A DNA stretch of 64,000 bases from Flavobacteriales bacterium (GCA_016716605.1 JADJWA010000002.1:88031-152030), one strand, 5' to 3'; shown: positions 36,525 through 47,866, counted from the stretch's first letter. A program made the numbers and translations. The notes: a model not told the origin generated them from the letters alone.

Positions 36525-39500
36525 ATGCCCACTCTGCCTCGCCTTTCGCGTGCGCTCGGCCTCACCGTGCTGTGCGCTTTCGTGCTAGCTGCCTGCCGCA
36601 ACAACGAGAAGGGCGCCAAGCCCGATGCCGCCTTCACGCCCTACATCCCCGCCTTCACCGGCGGGCACATCAGCGCGCGCTCGCCCATCATCGTGCGCAT
36701 CGCTGCGGGGCAGCGCTGGCGCGATAGCTCGGCCACGGCCCTGCAGGAACTCTTCGACCTCTCGCCCAGCGTGAAGGGCCGCGTGGAGATGCGCGATGAG
36801 CTCACCCTGGCCTTCGTTCCCGATGAACGATTGGCGCAGGACAAGACCTACGCGGTGCGCTTCAGGCTCGGCGACCTGATCGAGGTGCCCAAGGGATTGG
36901 AGGACTTCCGCTTCGAGGTGAGCACCTTCAAGCAAGGCATCGATGCACGCGTGAACGAGATGCAGTCGCTGAGCGCCACCGACCTGAAGTGGCAGCGGCT
37001 CATCGCCAGCGTGTACACCAGCGACGATGCCACCGGCCAGGACCTCGAAGGCTGCTTCACCGCGAAGCAAGAAGGCCGCGATCTGCCGCTCACCTGGGAG
37101 CATGAGCCCAACGGCCGCTATCACCGCTTCACGGTGGACAGCGTGAAGCGCGGCGATGCAGCCTCGCGCGTGGACATCAACTGGAACGGCAAGGGCATCG
37201 GCAGCACCGACGCCGCCACCCTGCCCTTCGATGTGCCTGCCATCGGCGATCTCGCGCTGATCAGCGCCACCACCTTCAGCGATGGCGAGCAGTTCGCCAC
37301 GCTGCTCTTCAGCGATCCGCTGGACCCCGCTCAGGACCTGCGCGGCCTCGTGGGCATTGCCGGCGCCGACGACCTGCGCATCGCGCACGATGGCAACAAG
37401 CTCGTGCTCTATCCCGCCCAGCGGCTCACAGGCAAACAGGACGGTTACGTGAGCGCCGGCCTGCGCAACGTGAACGGCCGCACGCTTGGCAAAGAGGTGA
37501 GCGTGGAACTGGTGTTCGAGGAACTCAAGCCCGCCGTGCGCTTCAACGGCAAGGGCACCATCCTGCCCAGCACCGATGGCCTGCTCCTCCCCTTCCAGGC
37601 CGTGAACCTGAAGGCCGTTGATGTGCGCGTGATCAAGGTGCACGAGAGCAACGTGAGCCAGTTCCTGCAGGTGAATGCGCTCGATGGCAACCGTGAACTG
37701 GCGCGTGTAGGTCGCCTGGTCTCGCGCAAGACCATCAGCCTAAAGACCGCCGACAGCCCCGACCTGGGCCGCTGGAACACCTACTACCTCGATCTCGCCG
37801 ACCACCTCAAGACCGAGCCCGGCGCCGTGTACCGCGTGGAGCTCTCCTTCGGCCGCCATCAGAGCGTGTATCCCTGCGAGGGCGGCGATCCCGTGGAGGT
37901 CCCGCGTGAGAAGAGCTGGGAAGAAGAGCAAGCCGCCTACGACGACCAACAGGATTACTGGTACTACGACGACTACGAGTATTACGACTACGACGAAGGG
38001 TACAACTATCAGGAGCGCGAGGATCCCTGCAAGGCCAGCTACTACTTCCGCAACACCACGGCGGCGCGCAACATCCTCGCGAGCGACATCGGCCTGATCG
38101 CCAAGGTGGGCAACGACGGCAGCATGCTGCTGGCAGTGAGCGACCTGAAGACCGCCAAGCCCTTGAGCGGCGTGAAGCTCGACCTGCTCGACTTCCAGCG
38201 CAAGAGCATGGGTCAGACCGTGACCGATGGCGAGGGCCTGGCCACCCTGCCCGCATCGAAGCACAAGCCCTTCCTGCTCGTGGCCAGCAAAGGCTCGCAG
38301 CGCGGCTACCTCAAGCTCGACGACGGCGGCTCGCTCAGCGTGAGCAGCTACGACGTGGAGGGTGAAGCCATCGAGAAAGGATTGAAGGGCTTCCTCTATG
38401 GCGAGCGCGGCTTGTGGCGTCCCGGCGATTCGCTCTACCTGAGCTTCATGCTGCAGGATCCGAAGCACACCTTGCCGAAGGACCATCCGGTGGTGCTGGA
38501 GATCAGCGATCCGCGCGGACGGTTGGATCAGAAGCATGTGCGCACCACCAGCGTGAACGGCGTGTACGCCTTCCGCTGCGCCACCGTGCCCGATGCGCCC
38601 ACCGGGTATTGGAACGCCGTGGTGCGCGTGGGCGGCACCGCCTTCCACAAGAGCCTGCGCATCGAAACGGTGAAGCCCAACCGCCTGAAGGTGCTGCTCG
38701 ATTTCCCCGACGGGCCCAGCGGCACCGAAGGCCAGCGACTCAGCGCCGATGGCGGCACCACCATCAAATTGCGCTCGCACTGGCTGCATGGCGCCCCCGC
38801 CAAGAACCTGAAGAGCCGCGTGACGGTGACCATGACGCACGGCTGGCCCGAATTCAAGGGCTACGACAAATACGAGTTCAACGATCTGCGCACCTGGGTG
38901 CCCGATGAGGAGCAAGTGGCCTTCGATGGCAACCTGAATGAGAAGGGCGAAGCCGCCTTCGACCTCGACCTGCACATGGGCCGCAGCGCGCCTGCCGTGG
39001 TGCAGAAAAACATCGTGACCCGCGTCTTCGAGGCCGGCGGCGATGCCAGCATGGACCGCGTGAGCGTGCCCTACTACCCCTACACCAGCTACGTGGGGAT
39101 CAAGTCGCCCGAAACGCGCAACAACTGGGGCACTTACATCACCGACACCAGCTACCAGTTCAGCATCGCCAGCATCGATGCCAAGGGCAAGCCCATCGCG
39201 CAGCACCAATTGAAGGCGCAGGTGTACAAGCTCAACTACAACTGGTGGTGGGATGGCGGCATCACCGGAGCGGCCAGCTACATCTCATCGCCGAGCGTGG
39301 AACTGCAGCAAGAGAAGGAACTCACCACCGATGCGAAGGGCAGAACGACCTTCAAGTTCCGGATCGATCGTCCGCAATGGGGCCGCTTCGCCATCCGCAT
39401 CACCGATCCCGCCAGCGGCCATGCCAGCGCCGTGCAGGTGTACATGGATTGGCCCGGCTGGGAAGGCCGCAGCCGGCGGCAGGACCCCGACCAGGCCGCC

Positions 39501-42161
39501 GTGCTCAGCTTCAATGCCGACAAGGAGAAGTACCACGTGGGCGACAACTGCACGCTCATCATCCCCAGCGGCGGCACCGGCCGTGCCTTGGTGAGCCTGG
39601 AGACCGGCAGCCGCGTGCTCGATGCCGTGTGGGTGGACCTGAAGGCCAAGGAGACCCGCCACTCCTTCCCCATCACCGCCGACATGGCGCCCAACGTGTA
39701 CGCGCACGTCATGCTCATTCAGCCGCAAGAGCTCACGCGTCCGGAGCAGGAAGGCGGCAAGGGCAACGACCTGCCCATGCGGCTCTACGGCGTGATCCCG
39801 ATCCTGGTGGAGGACCCGCTCACGCACCTGGCACCTGTGCTCGCGGCGCCGAAGGAGATCAGGACCGATGCGCCCTTCAGCGTGGAAGTGGCCGAGAAGA
39901 GCGGAAGGCCCATGACCTACACCCTCGCCATCGTCGATGAAGGGCTGCTCGACCTCACGCGCTTCAAGACACCCGATCCCTGGAACCACTTCTATGCGCG
40001 CGAGGCGCTCGGCGTGCGCACCTGGGACCTCTACGACCAGGTGATCGGCGCATACGGCAGGCAATTGCAGCGCGTGCTCGCCCTCGGCGGAAGCGACGAT
40101 GCCGGCAAGGGCGACGCCGCGCGCGCCAACCGATTCAAGCCCGTGGTGCGCTTCGTGGGCCCCTTCAAGCTCGAGCGCGGAAAGAGGGCCAGGCACGACT
40201 TCACCATCAGCAACTACGTGGGCAGCGTGCGCATGATGGTGGTGGCCACCGACGGCGACAAATCCTACGGCAACGCCGAACAAGCCGTGCCCGTGCGCAA
40301 GCCCTTGATGGTGCTGGCCACCCTGCCGCGCGTGCTCGCTCCTGGCGAAACAGCGGACCTGCCGGTCACCGTCTTCGCGATGGACCCGAAGGTGAAAGAG
40401 GTGATCGTGAAGATCGAGCCGAATGAACTGCTGATCCCCGAAGGCCCATCGCAGAAGACCATCCGCTTCAGCAGCGCCGGCGATCAGGTGGTGAGCTTCC
40501 GCGTGAAGGTGAAGGAGGCCGTGGGCGTGGCGAAATTGAAAGTGAGCGTGAGCGGCGCGGGCGAGAGCGCGAGCGAGAAGATCGAATTGCAGGTGCGGCA
40601 GCCGAACCTGCCCGCCACGGAAGTCACCGAAGCCTTGTTGGATGCCGGCAAGAGCTTCAGCGCGACCCCGGCTGCCCTCGGCGTGCGAGGCACCAACAGC
40701 GCCTACCTCGAGATCAGCAGCATACCGGCGGTTGACATGGGCCGCCGACTGCAATACCTGCTCGACTATCCGCACGGCTGCCTGGAGCAGACCACCAGCA
40801 AGGCCTTCCCGCAGCTCTTCATCGCCAAGGTGATGGAGCTGCCCGTGCGCGGTGAGCAGATGGCGCGCGCCAACGTGGAGGCCGCGCTGCGGAAGATGGT
40901 GCAGTTCCAGCGCGCCGATGGCGGCTTCAACTACTGGCCCGGCGGCGACCACTATGACACCTGGACCTCGATCTATGCCGGCCACTTCATGGTAGAGGCC
41001 GACCGATCAGGCTACGCCATGCCCGGCAACGTGAAGAGCAATTGGCTCGCCTTCCAGCGCAAGCAGGCACGCGAATGGAACGGCGTGGTGCCCGAGAGCT
41101 GGAGCCGCAACGCCACGCAATTGGTGCAGGCCTATCGCCTCTATGTGCTGGCGCTCGGCAAGGCACATGAGCTGCCGGCGATGAACCGCCTGCGCGAGCA
41201 GAGCGACCTGGGCCTGCAGGCGAAGTGGATGCTCGCGGCGGCCTACGCGCACGCTGGACGGAAGGACGTGGCGCAGCAGCTGGTCAACGGCGCGAGCACG
41301 CAGGTGTCGCCCTACACCGAGCAGTACTGGACCTACGGCAGCGACCTGCGCGACGAGGCCATGATCGTGGACGCCCTCATCGCCATGGGCGACATGGAGA
41401 AGGCCGCGCCCGTGGTCGCGCGGATCGCGAAGAGGTTGAGCAGCAACGATTGGTGGAGCACGCAGAGCACCGCCTTCGGCCTGCTCGCCGTGAGCCGCCT
41501 GGCCGAGAAGAGCCAACTGGGCAAGGGCATGAACTACGCGCTCACCCTCAATGGCAAGCGAACGGAGAAGTTCAGCGAGCGCGCCATCAGCCGGATCGAT
41601 CTGCCGGTGCCGGATGGCAAGTCCAGCGTGAAGATCGAGAACACGGGCAAGGCATTGCTCTACGCACGGCTCGTGCGCACGGGAACGCCCCTGGCTGGGC
41701 AGGAGAACGCCACCAGCAGCGGATTGGGCATGACCGTGGCTTACACCCTCATGGATGGCACCAGCATCGATCCCGCGCGCATCGAGCAAGGCACCGACTT
41801 CATGGCGGTGGTCAACGTGACGCACCCGGGCGTGAGCAACGGCTACCAGCAGCTGGCCCTTTCGCAGCTATTCCCCAGCGGCTGGGAGATCCGCAACACG
41901 CGCCTCGAAGGCACGCTGACAGGAGCGGCACAAGGCCCCTTCACCTATCAGGACATCCGCGACGACCGCGTGCTCACCTACTTCAACCTGTGGCGCGGGC
42001 AAACGCACACCTACCGCGTGCTGCTCAACGCCAGCTACACCGGTCGGTACTACCTGCCGGGCGCGGTGTGCGAGGCCATGTACGACCATACGATCCATGC
42101 GCGGAGCTTGGGCCGCTGGGTGGAAGTGGTGGAGGCGGGCGGTACGGTGGCGGAGGAGTAG
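36525..42161 (+). CDS. Alpha-2-macroglobulin family lipoprotein with intact thioester
   Basis: 1878 aa. Lipobox VLAAC. The MG-domain repeats give the large size. Thioester CLEQ (YPHGCLEQTTSKAFPQL) at nt 40778-40789. Confidence 0.95.
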   Translation: MPTLPRLSRALGLTVLCAFVLAACRNNEKGAKPDAAFTPYIPAFTGGHISARSPIIVRIAAGQRWRDSSATALQELFDLSPSVKGRVEMRDELTLAFVPDERLAQDKTYAVRFRLGDLIEVPKGLEDFRFEVSTFKQGIDARVNEMQSLSATDLKWQRLIASVYTSDDATGQDLEGCFTAKQEGRDLPLTWEHEPNGRYHRFTVDSVKRGDAASRVDINWNGKGIGSTDAATLPFDVPAIGDLALISATTFSDGEQFATLLFSDPLDPAQDLRGLVGIAGADDLRIAHDGNKLVLYPAQRLTGKQDGYVSAGLRNVNGRTLGKEVSVELVFEELKPAVRFNGKGTILPSTDGLLLPFQAVNLKAVDVRVIKVHESNVSQFLQVNALDGNRELARVGRLVSRKTISLKTADSPDLGRWNTYYLDLADHLKTEPGAVYRVELSFGRHQSVYPCEGGDPVEVPREKSWEEEQAAYDDQQDYWYYDDYEYYDYDEGYNYQEREDPCKASYYFRNTTAARNILASDIGLIAKVGNDGSMLLAVSDLKTAKPLSGVKLDLLDFQRKSMGQTVTDGEGLATLPASKHKPFLLVASKGSQRGYLKLDDGGSLSVSSYDVEGEAIEKGLKGFLYGERGLWRPGDSLYLSFMLQDPKHTLPKDHPVVLEISDPRGRLDQKHVRTTSVNGVYAFRCATVPDAPTGYWNAVVRVGGTAFHKSLRIETVKPNRLKVLLDFPDGPSGTEGQRLSADGGTTIKLRSHWLHGAPAKNLKSRVTVTMTHGWPEFKGYDKYEFNDLRTWVPDEEQVAFDGNLNEKGEAAFDLDLHMGRSAPAVVQKNIVTRVFEAGGDASMDRVSVPYYPYTSYVGIKSPETRNNWGTYITDTSYQFSIASIDAKGKPIAQHQLKAQVYKLNYNWWWDGGITGAASYISSPSVELQQEKELTTDAKGRTTFKFRIDRPQWGRFAIRITDPASGHASAVQVYMDWPGWEGRSRRQDPDQAAVLSFNADKEKYHVGDNCTLIIPSGGTGRALVSLETGSRVLDAVWVDLKAKETRHSFPITADMAPNVYAHVMLIQPQELTRPEQEGGKGNDLPMRLYGVIPILVEDPLTHLAPVLAAPKEIRTDAPFSVEVAEKSGRPMTYTLAIVDEGLLDLTRFKTPDPWNHFYAREALGVRTWDLYDQVIGAYGRQLQRVLALGGSDDAGKGDAARANRFKPVVRFVGPFKLERGKRARHDFTISNYVGSVRMMVVATDGDKSYGNAEQAVPVRKPLMVLATLPRVLAPGETADLPVTVFAMDPKVKEVIVKIEPNELLIPEGPSQKTIRFSSAGDQVVSFRVKVKEAVGVAKLKVSVSGAGESASEKIELQVRQPNLPATEVTEALLDAGKSFSATPAALGVRGTNSAYLEISSIPAVDMGRRLQYLLDYPHGCLEQTTSKAFPQLFIAKVMELPVRGEQMARANVEAALRKMVQFQRADGGFNYWPGGDHYDTWTSIYAGHFMVEADRSGYAMPGNVKSNWLAFQRKQAREWNGVVPESWSRNATQLVQAYRLYVLALGKAHELPAMNRLREQSDLGLQAKWMLAAAYAHAGRKDVAQQLVNGASTQVSPYTEQYWTYGSDLRDEAMIVDALIAMGDMEKAAPVVARIAKRLSSNDWWSTQSTAFGLLAVSRLAEKSQLGKGMNYALTLNGKRTEKFSERAISRIDLPVPDGKSSVKIENTGKALLYARLVRTGTPLAGQENATSSGLGMTVAYTLMDGTSIDPARIEQGTDFMAVVNVTHPGVSNGYQQLALSQLFPSGWEIRNTRLEGTLTGAAQGPFTYQDIRDDRVLTYFNLWRGQTHTYRVLLNASYTGRYYLPGAVCEAMYDHTIHARSLGRWVEVVEAGGTVAEE

Positions 42162-42254
42162 GGGTCGGCCAGGTTTGGAGGATGCTGGATGGGGCGGATC
42201 GGTACCTTCCCGCCGACAGGTAATATCCACTGTCACCCACCTATGCCCTCTCCC

Positions 42255-45200
42255 ATGCGCTATTGGCTGATTGCTTGCGCATGCATGGCCTCGGCATGGG
42301 GTGCAACCGCGCAACCGGATCCTTCACGGTGGACGGTACGCCACTATGGAGTGGAACATGGCCTATCGCAGACCTCCGCAGCGAGCATCGTGCAGGACCC
42401 GGACGGCTTCATCTGGATCGGCACGGAGGACGGCATCAATCGATTCGATGGACGTGTGTTCAAGGTGTATAGGCACATCCAGTTGGATGGCGAATCGGTC
42501 AAGTCCGCCAGGGTTCATAGTCTGTTCATCACCCGATCAGGATCACTGGTAGCTGGTTCGGATGAGCACGGCGTGCTGCTCTACGACCAGCGTGCGGACC
42601 GCTTCACTTCGGTCCCTTTCCCAGCCAACAGCACGGCTCCTGGCAGCTCATACATCTTGCGGAGCATCGCAGACCTCAGCAATGGGAGGCTCTTGCTCGG
42701 GACATTCTGGGGCCTGTTCATCTACGACCCAGCAGCGGGCACTGTTATCAATGCGCATGACCGCATCCCAGCGGTACATCCGAATGCGCCGATTTCCGGT
42801 CTTGCGCGCACGACCAAGGGCGTCATGGTCTCCACGATGGATCACGAGTCCGAAAGGCCCCTGCTCTTACAGATCAGCGACGACCTCACGCGGGTCGAAC
42901 CGATAGACGTGGCCGGCTTCCCGATGGGAAATGAACTGGGCATCGCGCTTTGGCAGCACGGCGATTCCGTGCTCCGCTTCAAGATCGGCGAGCGGATCTG
43001 GGTATCGCGCATAGACCCGATTGAACCCATGGAGGTGGCGGTGCCCGGATCCGTGATGGTGGAAGCACTGCCCCTGGATGGATTCATCCTCGCGGCCACC
43101 CTCGACGGCGTGCATCACATCGATGCCGATGGATCGCCCACGCGCATCCCGCTCCCCGACATGCGCAGCCCCAACGCCCAGATGCAGATCACCAGCCTGG
43201 TGCAGGTCTCCGACGGCAGCGTCTGGGTCGGTTCTTACCAGGGCGTGTTTGTCCTGGATCGCGTCTCCGCCAAATTCAAGCACTACGGTTTCGGTGGCGA
43301 TGCTGACCTGCCCTTGAGCGCTCCCAAGGTGCGCGGCCTATTGAAGGACAGCCGGGGCCGATTGTGGGTGGGCACGCAGAACGGATTGGACCTGGTGGAA
43401 GCCGACCGCAAGACCGTCCGCAATCTCCTGCTCGACGCGCCAAGCACGATCGGCTATACCTGCCGGAGCATCGTAGAGGATGCGATCGGAGGCATCTGGG
43501 CCGCCACGGATCATTCCGGAATCTATCGTTTCGGCGCTACTGGCGAACCGCCTGTGCGCTTCGACGCTGACAGTGCGTGCAACGGGACCTTCTCATTACT
43601 GCTCGAACATGATGGCATGCTCCACACGGGCTGCAATCTCAACTTGATCGATACTCGCACATTCCAAGCGGTGCCTCACACCAAAGAACCCAGCACTTCG
43701 GTCATTCACGGCTACGAGAAGGCCTTCTGCCAGTACCGCACGCAGGACGGCACGCATGTGCACGGCACCATGAACCGAGGGCTATTCACATTCAGGCGGG
43801 ACCCATCATCCAAGCGCGTCACGGACCTGCGCCACTTCCCCATGAATCCCTCGGATTCCACAGCGCTCGCCAACGGCTTCATCACGTGCATCCGTGAGGA
43901 CAGCAACGGCATGATCTGGCTGGGCACTTATGGCGGTGGCTTGCACGCGTTCGATCATACGAGCGGACGCTTTACCAGGCTCACCATGGAAGATGGCCTG
44001 CCGAACGATGTGGTGTACGCCTTGGAGATCGACCGCCATGACCGGATATGGCTCAGCTCCAACGCCGGACTCAGCTGCTACGAGCCGAAGAGCGGCAAAA
44101 TCACGAACTACGGCTTGAGCGATCGCATCCAGAGCCTGGAATTCAATTCCGGCTCATCGCATCAGGCCCAGGACGGCGAGCTCTTCTTCGGCGGCATCAA
44201 CGGCTTCAATGCATTCTACCCCGATTCCATCAAGTTCAATCCATACCTGCCGAAGCTGGCATTCACCGGGCTCGTGATCGGGCACACGGAGATGGAGATC
44301 GGGAAACCGGGTTCGCCGCTTCATCGGAACATCACATACCAGGACACGATAGAGCTCAACCACGAGCAGAACGACCTCACCATCCGTTTCGCCGCGCTGA
44401 GCTTCATCTCGCCGGAGAAGAACCGCTTCGCCTACATGCTGAAGGGCTACAAGGATGAATGGGTGCACCTGGGCACGCAGAACCGGGTGAGCTTCACCAA
44501 CCTGGATCCTGGTGGTTACGAGCTGCTGGTGAAGGCCGCCAACAACGACGGCATCTGGAACGATGCGCCGTCCTCGCTATGGATCACGATCGCGCCGCCG
44601 TGGCACCGCACCAATCTGGCCACGGCGCTCTTCATCGTGGCCGGCGCCTTCTTCGCTTTCGGCGTGGGTTGGATCCTATTGAGCAGGGTGCGACTGCGCT
44701 ACCAAGTGGCGCGCGAGCACGAAGAAGCCGAGCGCGCCAAGGCCGAGGATGAGCGCAAGACCCGCTTCTTCATCAATGTGGCGCACGACCTGCGCACGCC
44801 GCTCACGCTGATCAAGCAACGCGTGGAGCGGCTCGCCGCTAACCCAGCCGAGCGCATGGACGAGCCCACTACCCAAGTGCTGCGCCGCAGCGTAGATAAG
44901 CTCACCGGCCGCATCACCGCACTGCTGGAGACCGCCCGACAGGAACACGACCACATCGCCCTCGATGCCTCGCCGATGAGCGTGAATGAACTGCTGCACG
45001 TGGTGGTGGCCGACTTCCGCCCGATGGCCGCCGACCGCCGCATCGAGCTGCGCTTCATCCCAGCCGATGGCGACCCAGTGATCGCGCTTGACCGCCCGAA
45101 GGTGACCATGGCCCTGGAGAACCTCCTGGGCAACGCATTCAAGTTCACTCCCGATGACGGCGCCATCACCGTGAAGGCCGAACGGTGCACGATGGATGGC

Positions 45201-46301
45201 TCTGAGGCGCTGCGGATCAGCGTGGCCGACACCGGCAGCGGCATCGCCCCCGAGGACCATCAGCGCATCTTCAACCTGTACGAGCGCAGTGATGGCCCGC
45301 AAGCCGCCGGGCAGGTGGGCGCAGGCGTTGGGCTCTTCCATGTGCGGCGCATCATGGAGATGCATGGCGGGCGTTGGAGGCTGGAGAGCGCGCTGGGTCA
45401 GGGAACCACCGTGCATCTCGAATTCCCCTTCACCACGGAGCCAGGCGCTTCGAATGGTCCGGTCCTGGTGGACCCAATGCTGCACGAAGAGCAGGAGGAA
45501 GCTGTGGAGCCAGAGCCGGTGGCTGACGAATACGGCACTGCCAAACCGATCGCGCTGGTGATCGAGGACGACCGCGACCTGAATGCCGCCATCGCCGACC
45601 TGTTGCGTTCTGAGTTCCGTGTGCATCGTGCGCACAACGGCGAGGAAGGCCTCGCGCGCGCATTCGAGCTGGTGCCCGACCTGGTGATCACCGACGTGAT
45701 GATGCCGATGAAGGACGGCTTCGAGGTGTGCCGCGAACTGAAGTCCGACATCCGCACCAGCCATGTGCCCGTGATCGTGCTCACGGCCATCACCGATATG
45801 GAGGAGCGCATACGCGGCCTGCACGAGGGCGCCGACGATTTCCTGCCCAAGCCCTACGAGCCACGGGAATTGCTGGCCCGCGCGCGCAACGCGATCGCGC
45901 GCACGGAGAAGGTGCGCGCGCACAACCAAGCGAGCCTGGGCCTGAAACCCGACCGCCCGCTGGATCCGCTGCGCGACATGGACCGGATCTGGGTGGAGAA
46001 GGTGCAGGCCTTGATCGAAGCGCGGTACGGAAGCCCCGAGCTCAACGCGAATCAACTCGGCGTGCTGCTGAACATGGACCGCAGCAATGTGACCCGCAAG
46101 CTCAACGCCTTGATCGGCCGCGCCCCCGGCGAGCTGATCCGCGAGAAGCGCATGACCGTGGCCCGCGAGCTCCTCGAGAAGGGCGAATGCACCGTGACCG
46201 AGGCCATGCGCAGGGTGGGCTACGAGGATCCCTCCACCTTCTCGAATGCCTTCAAGGCCTACTGGGAGAAACCGCCCAGCCATTTCCTCCTCCGCAAGTG
46301 A
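42255..46301 (+). CDS. Hybrid two-component system sensor histidine kinase / response regulator / AraC-type regulator
   Basis: Signal peptide. Periplasmic two-component-regulator beta-propeller and Y_Y_Y region. A TM helix. HisKA (HDLRTPL). HATPase_c (GSGIAPEDHQRIF...GVGLFHV). REC (LVITDVMMP...DGFE). C-terminal AraC HTH. Confidence 0.9.
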   Translation: MRYWLIACACMASAWGATAQPDPSRWTVRHYGVEHGLSQTSAASIVQDPDGFIWIGTEDGINRFDGRVFKVYRHIQLDGESVKSARVHSLFITRSGSLVAGSDEHGVLLYDQRADRFTSVPFPANSTAPGSSYILRSIADLSNGRLLLGTFWGLFIYDPAAGTVINAHDRIPAVHPNAPISGLARTTKGVMVSTMDHESERPLLLQISDDLTRVEPIDVAGFPMGNELGIALWQHGDSVLRFKIGERIWVSRIDPIEPMEVAVPGSVMVEALPLDGFILAATLDGVHHIDADGSPTRIPLPDMRSPNAQMQITSLVQVSDGSVWVGSYQGVFVLDRVSAKFKHYGFGGDADLPLSAPKVRGLLKDSRGRLWVGTQNGLDLVEADRKTVRNLLLDAPSTIGYTCRSIVEDAIGGIWAATDHSGIYRFGATGEPPVRFDADSACNGTFSLLLEHDGMLHTGCNLNLIDTRTFQAVPHTKEPSTSVIHGYEKAFCQYRTQDGTHVHGTMNRGLFTFRRDPSSKRVTDLRHFPMNPSDSTALANGFITCIREDSNGMIWLGTYGGGLHAFDHTSGRFTRLTMEDGLPNDVVYALEIDRHDRIWLSSNAGLSCYEPKSGKITNYGLSDRIQSLEFNSGSSHQAQDGELFFGGINGFNAFYPDSIKFNPYLPKLAFTGLVIGHTEMEIGKPGSPLHRNITYQDTIELNHEQNDLTIRFAALSFISPEKNRFAYMLKGYKDEWVHLGTQNRVSFTNLDPGGYELLVKAANNDGIWNDAPSSLWITIAPPWHRTNLATALFIVAGAFFAFGVGWILLSRVRLRYQVAREHEEAERAKAEDERKTRFFINVAHDLRTPLTLIKQRVERLAANPAERMDEPTTQVLRRSVDKLTGRITALLETARQEHDHIALDASPMSVNELLHVVVADFRPMAADRRIELRFIPADGDPVIALDRPKVTMALENLLGNAFKFTPDDGAITVKAERCTMDGSEALRISVADTGSGIAPEDHQRIFNLYERSDGPQAAGQVGAGVGLFHVRRIMEMHGGRWRLESALGQGTTVHLEFPFTTEPGASNGPVLVDPMLHEEQEEAVEPEPVADEYGTAKPIALVIEDDRDLNAAIADLLRSEFRVHRAHNGEEGLARAFELVPDLVITDVMMPMKDGFEVCRELKSDIRTSHVPVIVLTAITDMEERIRGLHEGADDFLPKPYEPRELLARARNAIARTEKVRAHNQASLGLKPDRPLDPLRDMDRIWVEKVQALIEARYGSPELNANQLGVLLNMDRSNVTRKLNALIGRAPGELIREKRMTVARELLEKGECTVTEAMRRVGYEDPSTFSNAFKAYWEKPPSHFLLRK

Positions 46302-46490
46302 GGACCACCTGACCATCAGGCGGAAACGGCACCGCCACAGATCCGCAAGCGCGCGCCAAACCCGCAAGCGGGGCGCCTTGCAACAAAGTCCCAAGTCTTC
46401 GTCGCATAGTCACTAACGGCGCCCATCAGGGCTGGCAGATCCTTGCATCGCCAACGGCACGAAGCCTTGGTGAATGGCAATCAGGCAACC

Positions 46491-46943
46491 ATGTCATCCG
46501 CCCCAGCAACCACTCAATCAACCGTGCATTTCGCAGGTCTGGGCCGTCGCGCAGCATCGGCAATGATCGACGCCGCGCTGCTGATGTCCTTGGCATCGCT
46601 GCCGAAGCTCGTCGGACTGGACCTGCGGGCCGCGATCGCCGATCCGCGGATCAGCATGCCCGGGGCCGTGGGCCTGCTCGCCGCGCTGCTGCTGGTGGCC
46701 TGGGCGTACAGCGCATGCTTCGAGTGCTCGCGCCTGCAAGCCACACCGGGCAAGCTCGCCTTGGACCTGCGCGTCACCGATCCCTTGGGCCGTCGGCTCG
46801 ACTTCCTCGGAGCCACAGCGCGCTTCCATGCCAAGCTGCTCACGCTGCTCACGCTCGGCTCCGGCCTCCTCCTCATCGCATTCACCCGCCGCAAGCAAGC
46901 CCTGCACGACCTGCTCTCCGCCTCGTTCGTGCTGCACCACTGA
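46491..46943 (+). CDS. RDD family membrane protein
   Basis: GLGRRAASAMIDAALL, two TM segments and a typical RDD layout. Confidence 0.7.
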   Translation: MSSAPATTQSTVHFAGLGRRAASAMIDAALLMSLASLPKLVGLDLRAAIADPRISMPGAVGLLAALLLVAWAYSACFECSRLQATPGKLALDLRVTDPLGRRLDFLGATARFHAKLLTLLTLGSGLLLIAFTRRKQALHDLLSASFVLHH

Positions 46944-47012
46944 GAATCGCCTCGCACCGGTATTGCACCAACCAGAAAAACAGCACCTTCACTACACCAA
47001 ACCCCCTGCCTC

Positions 47013-47831
47013 ATGAACCTCAGCAAACCTTCCTTGAAGCGAACCCTCCGCCGGCTCCTGCTTCCCTTCATTCTGCTCATCGGCACCCAATGCCTGGCCC
47101 AGAGCACCATCGATGTGGTGGAGCTGAAGAACGGCTCCGTGATCCGCGGCACCATCGTGGAGCAAGTGATGGGCGAGAGCATCAAGATCAAGACCTACGA
47201 CGGTAGCCTCTTCGTTTACCGCATGGATGAAGTGGTGCGCATCAGTAAAGAGGCCACAGCGGTTCAGAACACGGCTCCGGCCGATATGGATGACTACGGC
47301 GGCATCCTGGGACTAGGCGTGAGCATTGGAGGTGGCGGCCTGCTGGGCATCCACGCCCGCTCAGCGCCGCACCCGAACATCGCGCTGGAGGCGGGGGTGT
47401 CCTTCTACCCCACCTTCACCTACAAGCGCGTCACGATCTATGACCAGTTTGGCAATGTCATTCGAGAGCAAGAAGAATCCAAGTTCGTGGTGGCTCCCAT
47501 CCTCAACGGCGGAGTCGATATCTTCTTCGGGCAGAGCTACAAGAGCTTCGACAGGAAGATCGTGCGCAACGGCCTCATGATCCGAGGCGGCACCAGCCTC
47601 AGCCTCGATGTGGAGCAGAGCATGTTCGCCACCGGTTGGGCCCGCGAGCGCTATAAGGAAGGGCGCAAGACCCCCAGCTACTGCTTCGGCCTGGGCCTGG
47701 GTGCCTGGTTCTACGCAGACCCCGATGACAACCCCCTGAGCGAAGTGATCGGCGAGGACCTGAAGGTGCTGCCCATGATCTACTGGAAGTTCCACTGGAA
47801 TTGGTATGTGGTGAAGAAGGGGAGCAAGTGA
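47013..47831 (+). CDS. Hypothetical secreted / outer-membrane beta-barrel-like protein
   Basis: Signal peptide. Alternating beta-pattern and a C-terminal aromatic residue pattern. Confidence 0.55.
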   Translation: MNLSKPSLKRTLRRLLLPFILLIGTQCLAQSTIDVVELKNGSVIRGTIVEQVMGESIKIKTYDGSLFVYRMDEVVRISKEATAVQNTAPADMDDYGGILGLGVSIGGGGLLGIHARSAPHPNIALEAGVSFYPTFTYKRVTIYDQFGNVIREQEESKFVVAPILNGGVDIFFGQSYKSFDRKIVRNGLMIRGGTSLSLDVEQSMFATGWARERYKEGRKTPSYCFGLGLGAWFYADPDDNPLSEVIGEDLKVLPMIYWKFHWNWYVVKKGSK

Positions 47832-47866
47832 ATCAAGGCCGATGGAACAACGCTCAATCCGAGATC

